A stretch of DNA of 64,000 bases from assembly GCA_030528145.1 (NCBI GenBank), contig JAUMZK010000010.1, forward strand, positions 2,871-66,870, in the 5' to 3' direction. A model generated the notes under the pieces. That model saw nothing but the letters and a program-made list of their open reading frames with translations, ran no database searches and was not told the DNA's origin. Positions 18,785 to 27,564 of this stretch are shown here, piece by piece. Each line of letters starts with the position of its first letter. Position 1 is the first letter of the stretch. A program made the translations under genes and the position numbers. The DNA comes from Actinomycetaceae bacterium (GTDB lineage: Bacteria; Actinomycetota; Actinomycetes; Actinomycetales; Actinomycetaceae).

Positions 18785-19610
18785 TACTGCTACCTTAGCC
18801 CGCGACGCCCGCGCGCACGGGGTGGGTTTGGGCGCATTCAACGTAGTCTTATTAGACCACGCGGAAGCCTTCGTAGAAGCCGCCGAAAACAGCGAATTAC
18901 CAGTAGTTTTGCAATTGTCGCAAAATGCCATCAAGTACCATGGTGGTCGTTTGCGTCCGCTGGGTTTGGCGTTGCTGGCTTTAGCCGAGGACGCCTCGGT
19001 GCCTGTGAGCGTGCATTTGGACCATGCTGAAGACATTGAACTGTGCAAAGCAGCCGTAGATATGGGCTTCACGTCAATAATGTATGACGGCTCCAAACTG
19101 CCAGACGCACAAAACCGTGACCAAACCGCGCAAATCACGCAGTACGCGCACGCCCGTGGCGTCAGTGTTGAGGCGGAACTGGGCGAAGTGGGCGGAAAGA
19201 ACGGAGTACACGACCCCAGTGCGCGCACAGACCCGCAGGATGCAGCACAGTTTGTGGCGGACACCGACGTGGACCTTCTGGCGGTAGCAGTGGGCAGTTC
19301 GCACGCAATGGCAACCCGTGGAGCCGTCCTCGACAACGCCCTGATAGCGCAGCTCAAAGACGCCGTCAGCGTCCCCCTGGTGCTGCACGGTTCCAGCGGC
19401 GTGCCCGATGAGGGAATAGTATCTGCTATTGCGGCAGGCATGACCAAAATTAATGTGTCGACGCACCTGAACGTGCTGTTTACCGCGAAAGTGCGCGAAG
19501 TTTTGGGCACGGACTCCCACCTGGTTGACCTCCGCAAATACTGCGGTCCTGGCAACAAGGTAGTGCGCGCCGAGGTCGAACGGTTACTTCGCCTCTACCA
19601 CTTGCAGTAG
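18774..19610 (+). CDS. Class II ketose-bisphosphate aldolase (tagatose-/fructose-1,6-bisphosphate aldolase, GatY/KbaY-like)
   Basis: The sequence contains LGAFNV...VVLQLSQNAIKYHGG...VSVHLDHA...EAELGEVGGK...AVAVGSSHA...LVLHGSSGV, which are typical class II aldolase metal and substrate motifs. Confidence 0.85.
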   Translation: MLADTATLARDARAHGVGLGAFNVVLLDHAEAFVEAAENSELPVVLQLSQNAIKYHGGRLRPLGLALLALAEDASVPVSVHLDHAEDIELCKAAVDMGFTSIMYDGSKLPDAQNRDQTAQITQYAHARGVSVEAELGEVGGKNGVHDPSARTDPQDAAQFVADTDVDLLAVAVGSSHAMATRGAVLDNALIAQLKDAVSVPLVLHGSSGVPDEGIVSAIAAGMTKINVSTHLNVLFTAKVREVLGTDSHLVDLRKYCGPGNKVVRAEVERLLRLYHLQ

Positions 19611-19635
19611 GTAACGTCGAGGACGGTCGCGGTAG

Positions 19636-20200
19636 CTACCGTATTGGTCGCAAAGCAACCGCGAATTTCAGCGGAACTTGGTGGAGCGTGTACTCGGGAT
19701 GGGTGCGCGCGCCCCAAGAGTTATCGCCTCCGACCCCCCGTCGCATGAGGGCGGGACACAACCACACCCTGTGCGAGGGCGGGAATTCGTCAGTGTGGGT
19801 GGCGTTTTCGATTTCGAAAGGGCTGTATGGCAATGCGGAGAATTCCATGGTTCCTGGCGCCAATACCTCGATGCCTTCGCCGCGTTCATCGGTTAGTTTC
19901 GCCCATCTAACTGCTGTTCTAGATCCGCATTCTTGAGGACGCATATACAGGGTGAGCCTTTCCTTTACGTTCCGTTTGTAGCGTCCGAGGTAGGCGCCCT
20001 GGCGGCGGTCTGAGGCGCATTCCTCCAGTCCTTCGCCGTACCCACTCAAGGTTTGTTAGGCGCGGGTCTACGAGGATGAGGAATCCGTATTCTGGAGGAT
20101 TGGCGAGGACGCCTGCTGATTCTACTTCTGCGCCCAGCATTACGGTGCCATCTGGGAAGATGCGGGTAGTGTACCGGGAAGTTAGTCGCGGCGAGGACGG
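19636..20200 (-). pseudogene. Remnant of a GH2 beta-galactosidase (C-terminal domain 5 only, frameshifted)
   Basis: The 137-aa ORF (YMRPQECGSRTAVRWAKL ... GVGGDNSWGARTHPEY) matches the LacZ C-terminal domain. An upstream piece (YTTRIFPDGTVMLGAEVESAGV...LEWV) continues it in another frame. The roughly 800 N-terminal residues are absent. Confidence 0.7.
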
Positions 20201-20375
20201 GACCTACGACCCCGCCCCATACTCATAAGTGCTACACCTCACACTCAACTTTTTTCTGGTATTCACCCTGCCTCCCGCTAATACCGGCGATAACTTTTTC
20301 AAAGGATACCCTTCCGGCGCGAAACTCGGACTGTTTTTCGTTGCTGTACCGGGGAAGGCGGTACCGACGTGGGGG

Positions 20376-20399
20376 CGAGGACGCACGCATTCGTCCTCG
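20376..20399. other. Hairpin made of an inverted pair of the CGAGGACG word
   Basis: The sequence is CGAGGACG cacgcatt CGTCCTCG, an 8-bp stem with an 8-nt loop, in the intergenic region upstream of the acid phosphatase gene. Confidence 0.5.
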
Positions 20400-20569
20400 T
20401 TAATAGTCACGCATACGCAGTCTGCGCAATTTTACTTACCTATAGTTAAGTAATTAAAATTTTTCAAATAAATACCCACCGTTTGGGTTCGTCAACTTAG
20501 CCTTAGCCACATGCGAGGTTGGGGCGTGCCTGAAACTAATTTCAAACTATAGAAGCATAAGGAGACAGT

Positions 20570-22534
20570 GTGGTTCCTGAGTATTGCGTCCAGAATTTGT
20601 CGAGGACGGGTGAACCGCTAGCTATAACGTTGGCGATAGCGGTTACTATTGCCGTTATTGGCGTAGTTTTGTACCGACGCAGTCGGCGCGCCGGCGTTGC
20701 GGCGTTAGCAATTTTTGCGTTGGTGCCGGTTGTGGGGTTATCGCCGGATCAGGCTCATGCATCTGACACGAAAGTATGCCCCGAAGGCTACCATTACGTT
20801 GCGGCAAAGGATCATCGTCGCGGACACGGCGGTAGCGTCGCACAACCAACCCTACCGCAAACCCCACATAAGCCGGGCAATCCGAGCAAACCGGCGAATC
20901 CTGCCCCACAGCCACCGCCACCACCGAAATTCCGTTCGGATCACGACGAAAGCTGGATGAAGCCGCACACGAGTTTCACCCTGGCAGCTGATGGCAGCAC
21001 GGGCGCGAGTGCGCGCGGCGAAGAACTGCCGAACTGGGATATTGCGCGCGCCACCTTGCGCGCCTACATGAACGCGGGTCGGGACGGTATTGCCAACAAG
21101 ACCGCGTCTCCTTACATTTCGGATATTACGGCTATTGCGGAGGCAAAATCCAAAGAAATTGCGGCGGCATGTTCTGCGGCAAAAGCAGCCGGTAAAAAAC
21201 CTGCAGCAGTATTCGACGCTGACGACACCACTTTGTGGACCTACGACATGGAGGACGGCGCGATGAATTTCGCGTTCACTCCCGCGAAACAGCAAGCCTG
21301 GTTTGATAAGAATCAGATGTCGGCGACTCCGGGGATGGTCGCCCTCGTGAAAAATCTGCACGCAGCCGGATGCGAAATAATTGGTTTGACGGGGCGAAAC
21401 GACGCGCAAAAAGCGTACACGATCAAGAATTTGACCGACGCCGGATACGTGGACGCAAACAACCGTCCTCTGTTTACTGCGGATAAGTATTACACCAAGT
21501 TCCTGAAAGGCACTCCCATGCCGGAGTACTTGAAGAAGCAAGGACGTTGTGACGTCGCGAAGAACAAGTGTACTACCGTCCAATTTAAGGCAGGCACGCG
21601 CCAACACCTGGTAGAGGACTTGGGATACACAGTGGTTGGCAACTTCGGTGACCAGTGGTCAGACTTACAAGGCGGGTATGCGGAAAACTGGATAAAACTG
21701 CCGAACTCTACCTACTACCTGCCCAGTCCCGATCTGCCTGAATCCGAAGCCGCAGACACTGCCGCTGGTATGGCGCCCTCAAAGAGCACCTATGAGCTAA
21801 AGCCTGACGGCACTTCCGGTATGCGCGCAGGCGTGAAAGACCACATGGTTCCCAATATGGACATTGTGAAATCTACTATCCGCACCTACTACAACGCTGC
21901 TAAGGACGAAAAGCTGGGTCAGTATGTTGCCAACAAGACAGATTCGCCTTACATTCAGGACATTACCGCTGTTACCGATGCTGCGAAGAAGGAAGTGGTG
22001 GCGAACTGCAAGGCTGCGGTAGCGCGCGGCGAAAAGCCAGCCATCACTTTGGACGCTGACGATACCACTTTGTGGACCTACGACATGGAGGAATGGCTGG
22101 AGTTCACGTTCTCTGCGCAAAAGCAGAACGAGTACCTGAAGACTAACTATCACGCTCTGCCAGCTACGCCGGGGATGGTCGCCCTCGTGAAAGCCGCGAA
22201 GGACGCCGGCTGCCAGCCGATCGGTTTGACTGGGCGCGGTGACGATATGAAGGAAGTCACGCAACGCAACATGAACGAGGTCGGTTACCCCGCTATTCCT
22301 GCCAACTTGTACTTCACGAAGAAGTCTTCGAAGGCTGCGGAACTGCCGTCTTGGATTAAGTGCGAGAAGGAAAAGTGCACCACCGTTGAGTTCAAGTCTT
22401 CGGTGCGTCGGCACATTGAACAGGACCTGGGGTACCGGATTGTGGGCAACTTTGGCGACCAGTACTCGGATCTGATTGGCGGGTATGCAGACGTGGCTTA
22501 CAAGCTGCCTAACCCCACCTACTACTTGCCGTAG
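20570..22534 (+). CDS. Secreted/membrane-anchored tandem double HAD class IIIB acid phosphatase
   Basis: The GTG start follows AAGGAG. An N-terminal TM segment and a Pro-rich spacer come first. Two homologous halves follow, each with FDADDTTLWTYDME / LDADDTTLWTYDME (DxDxT), GLTGR, and GNFGDQWSDL / GNFGDQYSDL. Confidence 0.8.
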   Translation: MVPEYCVQNLSRTGEPLAITLAIAVTIAVIGVVLYRRSRRAGVAALAIFALVPVVGLSPDQAHASDTKVCPEGYHYVAAKDHRRGHGGSVAQPTLPQTPHKPGNPSKPANPAPQPPPPPKFRSDHDESWMKPHTSFTLAADGSTGASARGEELPNWDIARATLRAYMNAGRDGIANKTASPYISDITAIAEAKSKEIAAACSAAKAAGKKPAAVFDADDTTLWTYDMEDGAMNFAFTPAKQQAWFDKNQMSATPGMVALVKNLHAAGCEIIGLTGRNDAQKAYTIKNLTDAGYVDANNRPLFTADKYYTKFLKGTPMPEYLKKQGRCDVAKNKCTTVQFKAGTRQHLVEDLGYTVVGNFGDQWSDLQGGYAENWIKLPNSTYYLPSPDLPESEAADTAAGMAPSKSTYELKPDGTSGMRAGVKDHMVPNMDIVKSTIRTYYNAAKDEKLGQYVANKTDSPYIQDITAVTDAAKKEVVANCKAAVARGEKPAITLDADDTTLWTYDMEEWLEFTFSAQKQNEYLKTNYHALPATPGMVALVKAAKDAGCQPIGLTGRGDDMKEVTQRNMNEVGYPAIPANLYFTKKSSKAAELPSWIKCEKEKCTTVEFKSSVRRHIEQDLGYRIVGNFGDQYSDLIGGYADVAYKLPNPTYYLP

Positions 22535-22587
22535 TGCGAGGACGCAGCGCTGGTCCTAATTCGAGTTGCTGCGCCGCGTATCCTTGG

Positions 22588-22620
22588 AGGGCGTCCCAGG
22601 CTTTGGGGCGCCCTTCGTTT
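22588..22620 (+). terminator. Probable intrinsic terminator after the phosphatase gene
   Basis: AGGGCGTCCCAggctTGGGGCGCCCT forms an imperfect stem, followed by TCGTTTTG. Confidence 0.45.
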
Positions 22621-22726
22621 TGCGCCTGGACGTTTTGTCATTTTTTCGCAGGCGACCTGGTGGTAGTGTTTTTCACACACTCTGCTATACTCTGGAAGGC
22701 TAACCTAACCTATCGAAAGAGTTTGT

Positions 22727-25700
22727 GTGACTAGAAAAATATTCCTTGCGGTAACTGCCTCAAACTGTTCCCGCGCTGGCGCTGCCGCAACCGAAACAGG
22801 GACTAAGGCGCACCGCCCTCGACGAATACGAAAAGAACAATCCCCAGGTGCGCCGGGACCGAAAAAGTGGCACCAACTAGTAGGCGCCACCGCCGCAGCG
22901 GCACTATTTTGCGTCACTTTAGTGGCCTGCCCAGCCGCAGCCGACGCAGCTGACGCGGGATCGCCCCCCAAGGCTAGCCCGAAAGACTCCTTCGCGCCGA
23001 AGTGGTCGCAAATATACCGCAGCCGCTATGGGGACGTGGTGCGCAAAACCGACCGCGTGACTTTCACAGACGCGGGCAAGTTTGCGGCGCCCTCCTGTGA
23101 CGTGACCGGGGACGGCAAGGCGGACCTGATTTTCGCCTCCAACGCAGCCCTGACTGTGGTGCCGTTCGTGCCATATGGTTCCGATGAGGACGAAGTCTCG
23201 CTCCCTGTCAAAGATCAAGAGGGTGCCTTCAGTGTGCCCCTGCCTGCCGGAACTGCGACTCCGCGACAGGTCGTGTGCTTACCTGCTGCTTCGGGTCCAG
23301 CGCAGGTAGCAGTTGCCAGCGGGTCAAAGATACTACTTTTCGCCGCCCAAAACGCAGAGGTGACCAGAACCGACACCACCGTGGCAACTGGTCCTCACCT
23401 GGAGTCGACCATAGACGCTCAAGCTAACGTCCTCGCGCTGACCACCACCCCACCTAAAAGTGGGTCACCGAAGCTGCTGATCGCCACCACCACTGGGGTA
23501 CACGTGTTGCCGGTACCCGTGAGGAATGGCGGCGGGACCAGGCAGTCCGGCAACACTTCGGGCAGGCCTACCGACAAGGCTCCCGACAAAACTCCGAGCA
23601 AGGCTACCGGCAAAGTTCCAGACGCCGCTACCGACAAAGCTACCAGCAACACTTCGGGCAAGACTACCGACAAAACTTCCAGCAAAGTTCCCACGGTCAC
23701 TTCCGCCACTCCCGTCCCTTCCGCCACCCCCACCACGAACCTGTCTGACATGGCGCACGTGACCTGGCCTGTGCCCGGACACGACGGCATGCAGATGGTT
23801 GGGGTAGATAACGAGGGCGGTTTTGTGGCTATTTCGGATCCACTTACGCAAACCCTAACTTATGTGCCAGCCGCAGCCACTGCCCAGAATTTCCAGAATT
23901 TGGCGCGCACGGTCACGGATACAAACAAGGGTTCTGGTTTTGGCACCTCGCTGACGGTAACTGGCGACCTAAACGGGGATGGCAAAGCGGACCTGGCGGT
24001 AGGTGCGCCCAAGGTGCGTGCGGAGGCGGGCGCCCTCGCCATAATATTTGCCCCCACCGAAAGCACCGAATTTAGTACTCTGGCAAGTACTTCCCCCGCG
24101 ATCGCGAACTCGCGCGGGCGGGCCGGATTCTTGCTCCGCGCCGTCACGTACGGGCAGTTCGGGGCGTCCGTGGCGTGGGTCGAGGGCGGCACGCAGCCAG
24201 GCGCCCTCTTGGTAGGCAGACCTAAAGACGGTGAACATGCCGGCGCATTACTACTGTCCCAAACTGCTTTGACCAGGGATTACAGTACGGGTGGAGGAAT
24301 AATTGACATTCCGTCCTCGAAAATGGCGCAATTAGCCGCTGAGGAAGGCAACTCCGGGGACGCTGGACGTTTCGTTGGCGCTGCGGACAAGACGGACGCC
24401 ACCCCTTTGACTGCGCTTTATACGGCAGATTCGGGCGGAAAAGTGGACGTTTGGACGGTCGATATGGCGCGCCAGGGCGACCAGTACAGCGATAACCCTC
24501 CCGCGCCCGTGCCACCAGTACCGGCACCCCCGGCGCCTACTGCCAAACCGGCAGTCACTATTACTAACGCGATGACCGACAAAACTTGGTTGGGCGAATT
24601 CACGTCCGGGACCGGGGGCGCGCTCGCCAAAGGACGCTGCGACGTGACCGGCGACGGCAAAGCAGACATTATTGCGGGCGCCGCCCCGCGTAGTGAATGG
24701 AAATGGGACCCTTACTATGCCGATAGCACTCCCACGAAAGGTTGGGTGCACAATGTCACCGGGCAAATCCGCATTATTCCGGGTGGCACACCCGGCGGAA
24801 CGTTGCCGCTTCTGGGCACAATTGCCATTAATGGTCCCAAAGAAACGGGGGATCCTGCCACCGATTCCAGTATTGGTCTGTCGGTAGCTTGCCTGGGCGA
24901 TGTGAACGGGGACGGGGTGGACGACATGGCGTTTGCCTCGCACACTATCGCGAAAGTGTGGGTCATCTTTGGGGGCAAGGACCTGGCTAAGACCGACCTA
25001 AACCGCTTGGATCCCCGCCGGGGTTGGGCGGTGCTCCTACCCCAAAATGGCAGTGGCGGTTTCCAGGTAAGTAGCGTGGGCGACCTCAATAGGGACGGCA
25101 AGGCGGACCTGGGCTTTGTGGTGGCAAATGCCGCCTACGCTGCCGGGCGGTCTACAGATCCGTACGGGTCTGCCCTCATAATTGCCGGTAAAGCGGACGG
25201 AAAAACGGTAGATTTGCGCGATATCGAGGGCGATGATCCCGCCATTTTGGCGCGCATCGACACGCCCACGGGATACACCATGAATTCTTTCGCTCCGGTA
25301 GGAGACGTCAATGGTGATGGCAAAACTGATTTTGTCGTCAGTGACTTCCAACATGCCAACGAGCAGTTCGTGGTTGCCGGCAAAGCCTGGATTGTGTACG
25401 GCTGTAAACGGGTAGTGAAAATTTCTGCAGACGGTGGGTCAACCGAACTTTCTCTGCCCTTTGACGCCTCTCACCGCCTCGGCGCGGGCAATTCCACAGC
25501 AGCTGCCGGAGACGTAAATGGGGACGGATTGGGCGACTTCGTTATCGGCTTTGATGGCGGCGATATGGTAAATGAGGGCAGTGGGGGCATTGCCCTCATT
25601 CTGGGCGGAAAGAACCTGGGTAAGCAACTGGTTTTGGACCCGAGCGGGAAAACTAGTGACCCCAATGTGCGCATAATTACCGGACCTGCTGGCAAGAAAG

Positions 25701-26395
25701 GGATCGGTTTTGGTTACTCTGCAGATGTTTCGCTAGGGCGCGGTTCCCAGGCGACCATTGTGGCGGTGGGCGCTCATGGCGAGGACGGTAAAGGTCGCGT
25801 CTATGTCTTCCCGGTCACTGCTTTTGCAGCTGGTGTTCGCCCAATTGGGGCGGTGAAGGCACGCGTTATAGACACGGACGGGACGGAACCAAGGTTTGGG
25901 CGCGCAGTCGCTTTTGTGGGCGACTTTTTGGGCGGACTGACCTTAGCAATTGGCGGCGACGGCGTTATTGATGATCCTGCGGCTGATCGTGAAGGTTATG
26001 CGCATTCAGCACATGTGCGCGCAATCCAATTGGAAAAACCGGCGCCAAAACAGGCGCCAAGCCCTAAACCCACACCAAGTCCCAAACCCACACCTAAACC
26101 GGCGCCGGGTACTCAACCTAATCCGACGCCTCTCCCCTCCCCAGAACCCGGTACTCAACCCGCGCCAAAACCTGTACCAAAGCCAGGAGCACTTCCTAAA
26201 CCGCATACCGGGCAGCGCCCTGGCACTGACTCGCGGCCCGCACCCACGCCGGGAATGCCACATAACCCCAACGCGCATCACGGGAAGTTGCCGCGCACCG
26301 GTGTTGGCTATGCGGTGGGGGCAGTGGGCGCTCTGCTGCTAGTCATTGGCGCCGCGGGGGTAGGTCACGCCCGCATTGCCCGCAAACGCCAGTAA
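22727..26395 (+). CDS. FG-GAP (integrin-alpha-like) repeat surface protein with an LPXTG cell-wall sorting signal
   Basis: At least 7 Ca-binding-type repeats are present: CDVTGDGKADLIF, GDLNGDGKADLAVGAP, CDVTGDGKADIIAG, GDVNGDGVDDMAF, GDLNRDGKADLGF, GDVNGDGKTDFVV, GDVNGDGLGDFVI. It also has a T/K/P-rich spacer, a Pro-rich stalk, and C-terminal LPRTG followed by a hydrophobic segment and RIARKRQ. The start codon is uncertain. Confidence 0.8.
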   Translation: MTRKIFLAVTASNCSRAGAAATETGTKAHRPRRIRKEQSPGAPGPKKWHQLVGATAAAALFCVTLVACPAAADAADAGSPPKASPKDSFAPKWSQIYRSRYGDVVRKTDRVTFTDAGKFAAPSCDVTGDGKADLIFASNAALTVVPFVPYGSDEDEVSLPVKDQEGAFSVPLPAGTATPRQVVCLPAASGPAQVAVASGSKILLFAAQNAEVTRTDTTVATGPHLESTIDAQANVLALTTTPPKSGSPKLLIATTTGVHVLPVPVRNGGGTRQSGNTSGRPTDKAPDKTPSKATGKVPDAATDKATSNTSGKTTDKTSSKVPTVTSATPVPSATPTTNLSDMAHVTWPVPGHDGMQMVGVDNEGGFVAISDPLTQTLTYVPAAATAQNFQNLARTVTDTNKGSGFGTSLTVTGDLNGDGKADLAVGAPKVRAEAGALAIIFAPTESTEFSTLASTSPAIANSRGRAGFLLRAVTYGQFGASVAWVEGGTQPGALLVGRPKDGEHAGALLLSQTALTRDYSTGGGIIDIPSSKMAQLAAEEGNSGDAGRFVGAADKTDATPLTALYTADSGGKVDVWTVDMARQGDQYSDNPPAPVPPVPAPPAPTAKPAVTITNAMTDKTWLGEFTSGTGGALAKGRCDVTGDGKADIIAGAAPRSEWKWDPYYADSTPTKGWVHNVTGQIRIIPGGTPGGTLPLLGTIAINGPKETGDPATDSSIGLSVACLGDVNGDGVDDMAFASHTIAKVWVIFGGKDLAKTDLNRLDPRRGWAVLLPQNGSGGFQVSSVGDLNRDGKADLGFVVANAAYAAGRSTDPYGSALIIAGKADGKTVDLRDIEGDDPAILARIDTPTGYTMNSFAPVGDVNGDGKTDFVVSDFQHANEQFVVAGKAWIVYGCKRVVKISADGGSTELSLPFDASHRLGAGNSTAAAGDVNGDGLGDFVIGFDGGDMVNEGSGGIALILGGKNLGKQLVLDPSGKTSDPNVRIITGPAGKKGIGFGYSADVSLGRGSQATIVAVGAHGEDGKGRVYVFPVTAFAAGVRPIGAVKARVIDTDGTEPRFGRAVAFVGDFLGGLTLAIGGDGVIDDPAADREGYAHSAHVRAIQLEKPAPKQAPSPKPTPSPKPTPKPAPGTQPNPTPLPSPEPGTQPAPKPVPKPGALPKPHTGQRPGTDSRPAPTPGMPHNPNAHHGKLPRTGVGYAVGAVGALLLVIGAAGVGHARIARKRQ

Positions 26396-26408
26396 TAGTG
26401 CCGCGCCT

Positions 26409-26464
26409 GTGCCCGGAAAACGGGCACAAAATTTGGGGAATGCTAACGCATTCCCCAAATTTTA
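26409..26464. terminator. Two hairpins forming a bidirectional terminator between convergent genes
   Basis: The hairpins are GTGCCCGgaaaaCGGGCAC (26409-26427) and GGGGAATGCtaacGCATTCCCC (26435-26456). They are flanked by AAAATTT / AAATTTTATT. Confidence 0.65.
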
Positions 26465-26478
26465 TTCACCATCAATAA

Positions 26479-27564
26479 TCAGCCGTCAATAGTGCTGGAC
26501 AAACGCGAATCCACCCGGAAAGTACGGTGCGACCAGAAGGTGATGAAAAGGGCCATAATTACGCCAAAAATACACGCCACCACCAGCACACCCAGTGACG
26601 CATCCGAGGACGCCGCCCACGCAATCGATAAATCGTATGCATGATCCAAAGTAGAGGGTAACAAAATTGGGTACGCCGCAGACCACGCCCACACTACTAC
26701 GAGAGCCAGCGGCAACCCCACCAGACGGGGTGAACGCAAGCTTCGTCCTCGGAAATAGAACTGCGCTACGCAAGTTACCGCCAAAATAGCCAAAATAAAG
26801 TAGCTGACCATGCCGCCACCGCGCACAAAATATCCCCACAAGGTCCAAGCAAACAACAACACCGGCGCCACCACACCATCGAGGCGGCGAATGCGGGCAG
26901 AACGCGCCCCAATCAGGGTGTCACGGCGGGCGTAAACCCCAATCCAAGTAGCCCCCAAATACCGCATAAACCAACAAATAGCCAGCGTGCCGAATGCTGC
27001 ATACAACGTTATGGCCACCAGATCGGTGCCCTGCACCGAATGTACGTAAGCCGACAAGTTCGGGTTGCGCACGCTGAGGGGGTGGACCAGGTTAGGCGGC
27101 GCAATGGCGCCCGTGCGCGCATTCACAACCACCACCGGCAAACCAGTAATCATGGATGACAAAATTCCCACGAACCCGGCAGCCACAAAAAACGCCGCCA
27201 AAGCGTGCGTATAATCCAACAGGCGGGCGCGACCTGGACCGACGTGTTCACGCCACTCGATGCACACCACGCGCATCACCAACGCCACCACCATAATTAC
27301 AAAAAAGTTTTGCAACCCTGATAGCAGCGCCGCATACCATTCTGGGAACCCCGCAAACCACGACGTCACCACCGTAATTAGCCACACCCCATGCGCGCCC
27401 CAATGTGGCGCGATCGTGCGCACGATTTCCCCGCGTTCGCGCAAATTCTTGCCCACTGACAGCAGGACTAAACCGACCCCCAAGTCAATACCCACCAGCG
27501 TAAACATGCCGGCCATCAACACGGCGGAGGTAACAAACCAAATAAATTGCAAGGAAGTAATCAT
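26479..27564 (-). CDS. cydB: Cytochrome bd ubiquinol/menaquinol oxidase subunit II
   Basis: The 361-aa polytopic protein overlaps cydA by 4 nt, a typical CydB length and arrangement. Confidence 0.85.
   Translation of the reverse strand: MITSLQFIWFVTSAVLMAGMFTLVGIDLGVGLVLLSVGKNLRERGEIVRTIAPHWGAHGVWLITVVTSWFAGFPEWYAALLSGLQNFFVIMVVALVMRVVCIEWREHVGPGRARLLDYTHALAAFFVAAGFVGILSSMITGLPVVVVNARTGAIAPPNLVHPLSVRNPNLSAYVHSVQGTDLVAITLYAAFGTLAICWFMRYLGATWIGVYARRDTLIGARSARIRRLDGVVAPVLLFAWTLWGYFVRGGGMVSYFILAILAVTCVAQFYFRGRSLRSPRLVGLPLALVVVWAWSAAYPILLPSTLDHAYDLSIAWAASSDASLGVLVVACIFGVIMALFITFWSHRTFRVDSRLSSTIDG

Noticed and set aside
18317-19558. 413-aa minus-strand ORF covering the PfkB and aldolase genes
   Set aside because: It spans two well-supported plus-strand genes, and its translation is Ser/Ala/Arg/Cys-rich nonsense.
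23520-23720. Repetitive DNA (acc/gac/aag periodicity) inside the FG-GAP gene, considered as a tandem repeat or CRISPR-like array
   Set aside because: It is in frame and encodes a T/D/K/S/P low-complexity spacer (TDKAPDKTPSKATGK...). There is no repeat-spacer architecture.
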